Below, one piece after another: positions 12,901 through 24,900 of a stretch of DNA of 64,000 bases. How positions within the stretch are numbered: position 1 is the first letter of the stretch; each line of letters starts with the position of its first letter. The notes under the pieces were generated by a model. That model saw only the letters and a list, made by a program, of their open reading frames with translations. It was not told the DNA's origin and did no database searches. The position numbers and the translations under genes were made by a program. Source of the DNA: Haliotis cracherodii (Eukaryota); the NCBI RefSeq assembly GCF_022045235.1, contig NW_027266275.1, positions 35,526,001 through 35,590,000 of the forward strand, in the 5' to 3' direction.

Positions 12901-15900
12901 TGTAGGGCCTCTGTGTGGTACGGATTGGTGTGTATGGCTTCGGCGTTATCGGATGAACAGTTGACCTGGAAGTGCTGGTAGTCGTTGTGGTAGTTGTACT
13001 TATAGTTGGACTCTTGCTGGTGAAGGCTGTGTTGGGGGCAATGTTGCACGGGACGTTGGCCGCACGGTCGCAATATTTGCCCTTAGGGTTGAAGCGTAAC
13101 CCCGCAAGACAGGTGAACGGGTGGGCAATTCCATTGACACAGATGAAGTACGCCGAACAGCTGTGGGGACTTGGGTAGAAGTCGCTGATTAGACCATAGC
13201 AGAAGTCTGTGACGGACGTAGCTGAAACAAAAATGATAGTGTGTACTATCTAAAGGTCATAAAGAGGACTGTCTTTGAGACAAGTTTGGGATCGACTGTT
13301 TGAAAAAATATTTGCTTATAAAAATTTTACCTTCACCTTGAATATCAAAAGATCGGGGGGCACGGGTGGCCCAGTCGTCTAAGGCGATTCGCTGTGCAGA
13401 GTTGCGTCCCTTGGACACGCCAGAAACCTATGATTGTGGGTTCGAATCCCGGTTCGCCCCAATTATGTTTCTAGGTTTGTCAGCACCATACCCTTACCCG
13501 TGGGTTTCACCGAAGTGGTAAACGTCTGAGACCTGCATCACTTCGGGCTTTCCTCCCACATTAAGCTGACACGCCGTGATATAACTGGAATACTGTTAAA
13601 AGCGGCGTTAAACCCAACTCACTCACTCACTCAAAAGATCGATCCCAAAATAGACCTAAAGACGATTCTCAACTTTTACAAATATCAGTTGTTCGCTGGA
13701 CATGTCCGATGGATAAAAACAAAATGTGTTCTGAATAAAAAGAACTCGGCTTATTTTTCACAGAATAGAATTGCATATTTTGAAGCAGTGAACGACAAAA
13801 TATCCAAAATATCCAAAATGTCTCGGGGTCAACCTCCAGAAGGTTAAATGGTGTGTCCCTTATGATGGAGTGAGTGGATGAGGCTTCTACACCTCCGTAT
13901 CAGCATCACAAGCTGAGAATATCTAAAGATGAGGGATGGGATGGAATGGGAATAGAGGATGTCTCCCGAGTGTCTTTTGATATCAATTATTAACATTCGA
14001 CCTCGGCGTTTTAAACTTTCATTGCCAAATGTTGATGAATTTGACATAGAAAAACAGAAAAAATAGGAGAAATTCTATTTATCATCCTGCATAATTCATT
14101 TTTCAAACTTTTTCAAGTTTTGTATGTTTGTTGTTTAACGCCGCACTCGCCGATCCCGTTCGTCGCCTCTTACGACAAGCATAGTCGCCTTTCACTGCAA
14201 GCATGGGTTGCTGAAAACCTATTCTAACCCGGATCTTCCGGGGTCTTAAGTGTATACCAGCTTCACTGCCAGAGAAGAAATTAATGATGTCATTATATTA
14301 TGACGTCACGATGGTCTGCAAAGGGGGGGGGGGGGAAAGCTAATTTCAGTTCTTACACAGCAAGACTTTAAACATTGTATTGACTATGAACGGGGAAATT
14401 AGCATCTGGTAATAAAACTAAATCATGTGTTGATAATGTACTGTGTGCTAAAATATCCGTTCACGAAGTCACTAGATATGTAGATGTACAGACACTGAGG
14501 GCGAGCTTATCACCAGGCCCTGGCAATACTGATAATCAACATGTGATTTTCGTGGGTGAGCTTCTTGTAAGAAAGTTAGCACTAGTATTTTATGCTATTC
14601 TTAGACTTCAGTACACACCTATAGACGCGGGGTAATTATATCTATTTATCAGGGAAAAAGAAAATCAAACCCTGCCTTAGAAAGCTTTTTGAGAAAATTC
14701 CGCTTAAGATTAGAAACGTGGACATCCCGAAATGCCTGTAATTTTCCCGATATGTTGCAGTTTTGCTTTAGGAATGAGCACAGTGCTGTTATGTCGCTAT
14801 TTACCCTCAGTGGATGGCTACAAAGTTATGTTAACAAGGGATCATGTTTTCACATCATTTCTAGATAACGCGAAAGATTTTGATCGAATATGGCATTTTG
14901 GCCCCTTCACCAACTATATCATCTTTGTATTAACGGTAAAATGTGGTCTCTGTTACACCACTGTTATACTTCAATGTATGCGTGTGTTTAGTATAAGGGC
15001 GAACAATCTGATGTATTTGCTGTTAGACAAGGTATAGGTCAGGGTAGAGTTATCTCATCTTGGCTTTTTCTTGTGTACATAAATGACCTCATAACTGAGC
15101 TTCGGCAGTTAGATACAGGAATATGTATATATAATGTTAGTTTAGCATGAGTGTTACTTGCTGAGGAGACTACACTTATCAGTTACAGCCCTAAAGGTCT
15201 ACAAACAACTTTTGATACAGTTGTTACTTACGCATCCAAATGGCATATCATAATGCATAGAAAAGTAAAATTGTTGTGTTCAATAAAAAGAAGCAATTAA
15301 TGTGTGCGCATGCTTATCACTTTTGAGATTATGACATACCTTTGTTTTATAATGTAAGATGTGCAGGTGTTGTTTTAGAAAATAATCTTTCTTTTAGAAT
15401 ATATATTGAAGAGAGCTGTATAAAAGCAAGGCGCGCTATTCATTCTCCCCTCTCTGTTGGTTTGAATAGTAGTGATTTACATCAGTATGTAAGTATTAGG
15501 ATATGGAGAAGAATGATCTTCCGGGATTCGAACCCACACTGTCAGAGTGAGGCACCTAATCGCCAGCACACAAAGTCAGCGATCTAACCCACTCAGCCAC
15601 CGAGGCTTCCACAAAAAGGTAAATCCGACTATTGGTAGTGTAGATCATGTATTTTGTGTACCCCTCTGACAAGTGTAAACGTTTTCACACTGATGCCACT
15701 ATTGCTAATCTCGGACTTTAGAGCATGGTTGGGGGTGGGGTGGGGTGTTATTTGATTATTTTCTTCTGCTTGATCAATTAATGATCGTAATATGCTAGCT
15801 GGTCTGTATATACACGTCTCTATTACAATGTCATGGGGTCATAAACAAATATGCTTTCAGAGATTCAATATATTTAAAAACATGCTGATGGGGATTATCG

Positions 15901-18900
15901 AAATCAGTGAGCCTGATACAGGTATTTGGTATTTAATTATTAGTATTAGTTTGCAGCATGTATTTTAAGGATTGTAACGAAGAGGTGATACACCTTTAAG
16001 ATTTTGAGTTGTTTATGTTTGGGTCATTCACTACACTACCAGTCCCATTGTTTGTGTTCCGGTTGAGTGGCTGACCCTATTTTTCTGCTTAGGTTTATCT
16101 TTGCGTGCTCTTTAACCCCCATGGTACCCTGCGCGTTCGGTTTCAAACTCAATGTATCAAGGTTAAATCTATCGGAACCTAGCTCTGCATTGAACGCACT
16201 GTAGGTTTCTCCTATAATTGATCATCTCTGATTGACTAATGAAAAACGAGTGTTTTCCAAATTCATGGTAGAATGTACATTTAGTAACATTGGCATATTT
16301 CCATATTTGTAGGTAATTTGATGTCACTGGATAACTCCTGTCATATAGCTGCTGAAGTTCAAATGTAACATACGCTAAGTGTGAGTGAGTGAGTTTGTGA
16401 ATTTATGATTTTACGCCGTTTTTAGCAATATTCCAGGAATATTACGGCGGGGGACACCAGAAATGGGCTTCACACATTGCACCCATTTCGGGAATCGAAC
16501 CCGGGTCTTCGGCGTGACGAGCGAACGCTTTAACCACTAGGCTACCCGACCGCCCTCATACGCTGAGAGGAATGTTTTGTTTATCATCATATGTAAAGAT
16601 ATAAAATTAGGTTTATCCAGAGACCATATAGTAGATTTATGGCCTCTGGTTTATCTGTTGACTACATTTTGACACTTGTCAGGGGGGTACTCAAAGTAAG
16701 TGATCTGGACTACCAGTTGTCGGAATTTCTTTTTGTGGAAGCCTCGGTGGCTGAGTGGGTTAGATCGCTGACTTTGTCTGCTGGCGATTAGGTGCCTCAC
16801 GCTGGTAGGTGTGGGTTCGAATCCCGGACGGGACTCAACCCCAAAAATTACAAGAATCTGTACTTTACTAAGAAAGTGTTATCCCAAATATAACATTTGT
16901 TACACGCAGTAAGAAGTGTAAATTTAGCATTTATATGTATATCCTATGTATCTGTAGTTTGTCTCTCTTGATTGCCATCATTTACATCTAATGTAAAGTA
17001 ATGCCCGTCTTTTATTTACATGCAACAATGAATTAATTACTGATGCATATTTGTATGGTGTTGGTATCAAAGTAATGCTTATCAAACAATTTACCTATAT
17101 CCTTATGATGGTTAGAACTGTTCATATATACAGCTCTAAGTTAGTGTATGTTTGTTTGTTGTTTAACGCCGCACTCAGCAATATTACAGCAATATGACGG
17201 CGGTCTGTAAGTAATCGAATCTGGACCAGACAATCAAGTGATTGATAACATGAGCACCGATCCACGCAATTGTAATCGATGACATGCATCAACCAAGTCA
17301 GCGAGCCTGACCACCCGCCTCTTACGACAAGCATGCATTGCTGAAGACCTATTCTACCCCGGATCTTCACGGGCCAAGTAAGTGTATGATGTATGTGGAA
17401 TGCATAATCGGATTTGCATGTCAGATGAATTATCATGCTCTGTTCGTATTTGTTATATATTTTATACTGTGAGGAATGATGTTCTCATTGGTTGTTATTA
17501 TATGTTTCTGGGTTTCATGAATAAACAGAATTCACACCCGTTGCCGTGTTGACCTTATTCAGCGAAGCACACACCTCTGATGCAATTGCTACTTACTGTA
17601 AATAGGGCCGTTGGTGATGGGTGGTTGGTTCGTCACGACGACCTGCGGGGGAGTGTTGGGTTTCCGAGTGGTGATTGCTGGACGCTGAGTGGTGGCGGGA
17701 CCATGGTGGAAATCTATGTGCCTAGGGGTGAGGAAGTGTAACGGCATTAAACATAGCTAACGGAGATAAGGGCAGGCGTTTTCGTTTTACTGATTTTAGT
17801 ACTGGCAAAATGGTCTGTAATGCTTTAGACAGGAATTTAGAAGGGTTTTATAGTTTAATTGGGACGATAAATTGAGATGAAAATAATCTGACCTCACTGG
17901 TTCGTTCCGGATACCGGATAACTTGAGTTTTAAATTTCTGTCTTGTTTCAAGTTTCAAGAAATGCTCTAAGAGAGTTTGCATTTGAATATCATATCTCAT
18001 TAAAATCAGATCTTGGTGCTCGCTATCGCTTCACACCGCTTTTGACACAATTAGACTTTAACTCCTTTAAACACATCCTAACAAATCCCCGATCACAGAT
18101 CAATGACCATAATCAGGGCGAATGGATTTGGAACCCAAGATTATCGTATCCTGGCACGACTACGGGACGCAACCCTGCACAGGTTGCACGTGGCAATCCG
18201 TGTCCCCAGCACCCTTACAATGACAACAATAGCATCATTGTGAAAGAGAAAAGTCACCGCATTGCTTTAGTCTAAAAACCTTTATATTGTTATTGTAGGC
18301 CTGTATTGGATATATACTACTTGTATTGTTCTTCAAAACAAATCTAAAATCTTACGGTCCTGGTCCTACACAGTTAGTTCTGTCTGGGGTGGCGAGTTCG
18401 TCCACGATGGCGTGGAGTAGGGGATAGGGGCCTTGGCCACAGTCGGCCCCTGAGAAGTCATCCAAGTCCACGGCCCACACCATGACGCCTCCAAAGCCGG
18501 ACGACTTGATGTAGCACACCTGCAGCAAGAGGAGAACAGGGAGATTGGTTCAGTGACAAAAGGGATGTCCTATACAATTCCCTATTAAGTCTTGTACCAT
18601 GTTTTGTCAGGTGAACAATAGACTTGCCTTTGCATGTGTTTGTGACGGGTGCCACCACTGGGGCAGGATCCACTTACTATTTCGCGAACACCTGCTATCA
18701 TCACTGTTTGATAGTAATTCATGAACACATTCGGAATCTTAATGGACTATATGATTCTTGCTTTTGTTTAGCGCCACTTTGAACAGTGTTTTCAGTTATA
18801 TCATTCCAGTTTCGAACATGCTTGGTAAATGTTAGTCTTTTGAGTACAAGTGTTGCATATTTTGTGACTACGTGATTTTAGTTTAAGGTTTCTTTGAACT

Positions 18901-21900
18901 GTATAAAAGTATTCCAGTTATATCACAGTGTGTCAGCTTGATGTGGGAGGAATCCTGAACTAATGCACGTCTTACGCGTTTGCCATGTTGGTAAAACCCA
19001 CGAGCACAGTATGGTGCTGACAAACCTGAAAACATAATCAAGGCCAATATGGGATTCGAACCCACTACTAAATAGGCGCAACTCTGCACTGCTAATAACG
19101 GTGCTTCAAACGGCTAGGCCCGTGCCATTACCAGCTGTAAGGATGACAGTTGTAACGTTGTTTGTCATTCAGGAACGAAACGTCCCAAGTGACGTCGGCC
19201 ACCCAATCTTCCCTGCATCCAACAGCGCTTACCTTCTCCCGGAGACCCCGATTGTCGTCGTAACCCACCCTCACCACCCCTGATCCAGCATGCGCTTACC
19301 TTCTCCCGGAGACCCTGATTGTCATCGTAACTAACCCTCACCTCTCCTGATTCAACATGCCCTTACCTTCTGACGGTGACCCTGATTATCATCGTAACCC
19401 ACCCTCACCTCTCCTGATTCAACATGCCCTTACCTTCTGACGGAGACCCTGATTGTCATCGTAACCCACCCTCACCTCTCCTGATTCAACATGCCCTTGC
19501 CTTCTGACGGGGACCCTGATTGTCATCGTAACCCACCCTCACCTCTCCTGATTCAACATGCCCTTACCTTCTTACGGAGACCCTGATTATCATCGTAACC
19601 CACCCTCACCTCTCCTGATTCAACATGCCCTTACCTTCTGACGGTGACCCTGATTATCATCGTAACCCACCCTCACCTCTCCTGATTCAACATGCCCTTA
19701 CCTTCTCCCGGAGACCCTGATTGTCATCGTAACTAACCCTCACCTCTCCTGATTCAACATGCCCTTACCTTCTTACGGTGACCCTGATTATCATCGTAAC
19801 CCACCCTCACCTCTCCTGATTCAACATGCCCTTGCCTTCTGACGGAGACCCTGATTGTCATCGTAACCCACCCTCACCTCTCCTGATTCAACATGCCCTT
19901 ACCTTCTTACGGAGACCCTGATTATCATCGTAACCCACCCTCACCTCTCCTGATTCAACATGCCCTTACCTTCTGACGGAGACCCTGATTGTCATCGTAA
20001 CCCACCCTCACCTCTCCTGATTCAACATGCCCTTACCTTCTGACGGAGACCCTGATTGTCATCGTAACTAACCCTCACCTCTCCTGATTCAACATGCGCT
20101 TACCTTCTGACGGAGACCCTGATTGTCATCGTAACCCACCCTCCCCTTCCCTTATTCAACATGCCCTTACCTTCTCCCGGAGACCCTGATTGTCATCGTA
20201 ACCCAACCACCTCCCCTTTCCTGATTCAACATGCGCTTACCTTCTCCCGGAGACCCTGATTGTCGTCGTAACCCCACCTTCACCTCCCCTGATTCAACAT
20301 GCGCTTACCTTGTCCCGGAGACCCTGATTGTGCTTATCCTGATTGTCGTCGTAACCCACCACCTCACCTCTCCTGATTCAACATGCGCTTGCCTTCTCCA
20401 GGAGACCTTGATTGTCGTCGTAACCCACCCTCACCTCCCCTTATTAAAAATGCGCTTACCTTCTGACGGAGACCCTGATTGTCATCGTAACCCACCACCT
20501 CACCTCCCCTGATTCAACATGCGCTTCCCTTCACAAGGAGACTCAGTTTGTCGTCGTAGCCCATCCACTTACTACATCAGCGTACCTTCTGCCGTAGACT
20601 CAGCTTGTTGTCGTAGCCCACCCACTGGTTGCCTAGAGTCATATAGCGGACGCGCTGTTCGGGAATATCTACAATTTTGCCACCATTGTGCTCCATTTCA
20701 CAAATCTGAAACCAGAAAAATTCATATTCATGTCAGTCAGGGCTCGAGTCTTATGTGAAAAAAGATTGAATGGGATAAGCAAACAAAACAACATCAGTGC
20801 CATCACGACTTTCCACGGCACAAAAACGTCCCTATAATCTTCAATGGAATTAAGAAATTAATTATTTTTGTGTAAAATTGTATTGTATAATAATTTATAT
20901 CCAAAGTGGTTATGGGACCATCATCATATTTCATTACACAATCGCCATGGCATCAAAAGGCATTTCTTTATTTCTTAAATATTATCAAATAAAAGCACTT
21001 TCTAAAACATAACAATTATCCAAGAGTTTTGAAGGGCAGTCGCTACCCCTATTATGTACGCTTCACTCACCTCCTGGTAAGACAGAAAGCCCGCCTCACG
21101 TGTGTACGTTCCGTTTGCGCCGGGGCCACTGGCAGGTGCACCTAGGGTGTTGTCAGCAGTTGACAGGGTGAACGTGCGACCATATAGAGCCACGCCTATG
21201 TTTAGTTTCTCTCTAGGAGCGCCCATCTTCACCCAGTATTCAGCTGCCCAATGCTAAAACAAAATAAATTTGATATATTCTATTCGCAACGTCAAAAGTG
21301 AATAATTTACTGTGCCTTATTTAACGTGGGTACAAGCTTAAATATTTTCCTGTTAGAAATATATTTTACAAAAAAGGATATGGTGAGGGAACAAGATTAA
21401 ATTGCCCATTGCCTTATTAACATATGTCGATAACCACCTATAGTCAAGTGGACAGAGCGTCTGCCAGGAGAGCGTCAAGTCGGTGGATCGATCACCGTTT
21501 GCGTCATACCTAAAACGATGGTACTTGTTGTTAATTTGCATGGCACTCGACATTATAGGAGATACAACAAGGACTGGTCGGCTCGGGGTCAGTATACTGT
21601 GTAGCTCACATGTCACAGATTTAGACTAAGCCAGATAGAAGACGGTTTTGAATAACATGAACAGACTGAAATTTGAGAGCTTTTCTTCCCTAACATGATA
21701 TGTATTTTCAACATTTCGTCTCTAATTTGCTTGTAAATTGAACATTCTAAGTAGTAAACTGGAATTCATTTTCACATGAAAACAACAACTAACTGCATAA
21801 TTAAATTTTAGAACTCCAACGGCTCAGAAAGTTGATCAATGGTTCCTTAAGTCGGTTCAGAATTTTGAAAAAGACATTTCGATTCATTTTCCGACCGTTA

Positions 21901-24900
21901 TAAAGAGGAACTTTCGACTTTCCGGAACCATTCAACGTAATCAGCTGAGTTTAAATTGTAGGTATTACTGGCCATGATGCGTTAATGTTTATTTTAAAGA
22001 ATTGAAAATTGAGTGAGTTTTCATGAATGTAAACATACCAATGCTTAAAGAGTTTTCAAAGTCAATGATCCTTCATTGTTCAGTGGATATGATCCTTCAT
22101 TGTTCAGTGGGTGTTGACCCTTCATTGGTCAGTGGGTATGATCCTTCATTGTTCAGTGGGTGTTGACCCTTCATTGGTCAGTGGGCATGATCCTTCATTG
22201 ATCACTTGGGTTGATCCTTCATTGGTCAGTGGGCATGATCCTTCATTGTTCAGTGGGTATGATCTTTCATTGGTCAGTGGGTATGATCCTTCATTGGTCA
22301 GTGGGTATGATCCTTCATTGTTCAGTGGGTATGATCCTTCATTGTTCAGTGGACATGATCCTTCATTGGTCAGTGGGCATGATCCTTTATTGGTCAGTGG
22401 GCACGATCCTTCATTGGTCAGTGGGTATGATCCTTCATTGATCAGTAGGTATGATCCTTTATTGATCAGTGAGTATGATCCTTCATTGATCAGTAGGTAT
22501 GATCCTTTATTGATCAGTGAGTATGATCCTTCATTGATCAGTGGGTATGATCCTTTATTGGTCAGTGGGTTGATCCTTCATTGGTCAGTGGGTATGATCC
22601 TTCATTGGTCAGTGGGTATGATCCTTGATTGGTCAGTGGGTATGATCCTTCATTGTTCAGGGGGTATGATCCTTGATTGTTCAGGGGGTATGATCCTTGA
22701 TTGTTCAGTGGGTATGATCCTTGATTGTTTCGGGGTTTATGATCCTTGATTGTTCAGGGGGTATGATCCTTGATTGTTCAGGGGGTATGATCCTTGATTG
22801 TTCAGGGGGTATGATCCTTCTTTGTTCAGTGGGGTTGACCCTTGATTGTTCAGGGGGTATGATCCTTGATTGTTCAGGGGGTATGATCCTTGATTGTTCA
22901 GGGGGTATGATCCTTGATTGTTCAGTGGGTATGATCCTTGATTGGTCAGTGGGATTGATCCTTCTTTGTTCAGGGGGTATGATCCTTCATTGGTCAGTGG
23001 GTATGATCCTTTATTGTTCAGGGGGTATGATCCTTGATTGGTCAGTGGGGTTGATCCTTCTTTGTTCAGTGGGGTTGACCCTTGATTGTTCAGGGGGTAT
23101 GATCCTTGATTGGTCAGTGGGGTTGATCCTTCTTTGTTCAGGGGGTATGATCCTTGATTGTTCAGGGGGTATGATCCTTCATTGTTCAGGGGGTATGATC
23201 CTTGATTGTTCAGGGGATATGATCCTTGATTGTTCAGTGGGGTTGACCCTTCATTGTTCAGGGGGTATGATCCTTGATTGTTCAGGGGGTATGACCCTTC
23301 ATTGTTCAGAGGGTATGATCCTTGATTGTTCAGGGGGTATGATCCTTGATTGTTCAGGGGGTATGATCCTTGATTGTTCAGGGGGTATGATCCTTCATTT
23401 TCACGGGGTATGTTCCTTGATTGTTCAGGGGTATGATCCTTGATTGTTCAGGGGGTATGATCCTTGATTGTTCAGGGGGTATGATCCTTGATTGTTCAGG
23501 GGGTATGATCCTTCATTGTTCAGTGGGATTGATCCTTCTTTGTTCAGGGGGTATGATCCTTGATTGTTCAGGGGATATGATCCTTGATTGTTCAGGGGGT
23601 ATGATCCTTCATTGTTCAGGGGATATGATCCTTGATTGTTCAGGGGATATGATCCTTGATTGTTCAGTGGGGTTGACCCTTGATTGTTCAGGGGGTATGA
23701 TCCTTGATTGTTCAGGGGGTATGACCCTTCATTGTTCAGAGGGTATGATCCTTGATTGTTCAGGGGGTATGATCCTTGATTGTTCAGGGGGTATGATCCT
23801 TCATTTTCACGGGGTATGTTCCTTGATTGTTCAGGGGTATGATCCTTGATTGTTCAGGGGGTATGATCCTTGATTGTTCAGGGGGTATGATCCTTGATTG
23901 TTCAGGGGGTATGATCCTTGATTGTTCAGGGGGTATGATCCTTCATTGTTCAGTGGGATTGATCCTTCTTTGTTCAGGGGGTATGATCCTTGATTGTTCA
24001 GGGGGTATGATCCTTCTTTGTTCAGTGGGGTTGACCCTTGATTGTTCAGGGGGTATGATCCTTGATTGTTCAGGGGGTATGATCCTTCATTGGTCAGTGG
24101 GTATGATCCTTGATTGTTCAGTGGGGTTGACCCTTCATTGTTTAGGGGGTATGATCCTTGATTGTTCAGTGGGGTTGACCCTTCATTGTTCAGGGGGTAT
24201 GATCCTTCATTGGTCAGTGGGTATGATCCTTAATTGTTCAGTGGGGTTAATCCTTCAGTGTTCAGCGGGTATGATCCTTCATTGTTTAGTGAGACTGATC
24301 CTACATTGGTTGGTTGGGGTTGTCCCTTATTGGTCAGTTGGGATGGCCGTTCATTGGTCAGTGGGACTGGTCGTTCATTGGACATTGGTTCTGATCCTTT
24401 ATGGGTCAGTGGTAGATGCGACTGGACCGTCAGTGATCAGTGGGTTTGGTCGTTCATTGGTCATTTGGTATGGGCCTTCATTGGCCGGTGCCACTAGTTC
24501 TACATTGGTGACAATTAGTGTATAATATCTGTTCATTTGAGACATACACAGCTGTCTGACCTGGAAACTCCGCCCACCCCATGTAGGTCTGATCTGATCT
24601 ATGTTTACGACACGAGTGTCTAAATTTCGGTACAATTCCGAGTCGGAGCGAGGGATATACCGGAATTTAGCACGAGTGTCGTAAACATAGTATCACTCAT
24701 GTGATGTTTTTTTTTATAATCCAAGAAGATGTCTACATACAGAGACAACTTTTAGTATTTACCTATAAGGATAGCAAGTTGAAAAATAAGCGGAACGTCG
24801 AATGACGTCAACTATCTTCAGCTGTGACGTCGTTTCACGTGTGACGTCACTCCGACCACATGTCACAATAAGTTTCGCATGACGTCAACAATGCCGTCCG

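Noticed and set aside
22111-24525. Long ORFs of MILDCSGG / YDPSLVSG repeats
   Set aside because: Translations of a 24-bp minisatellite antisense within an intron; frames break at unit indels and there is no gene context.
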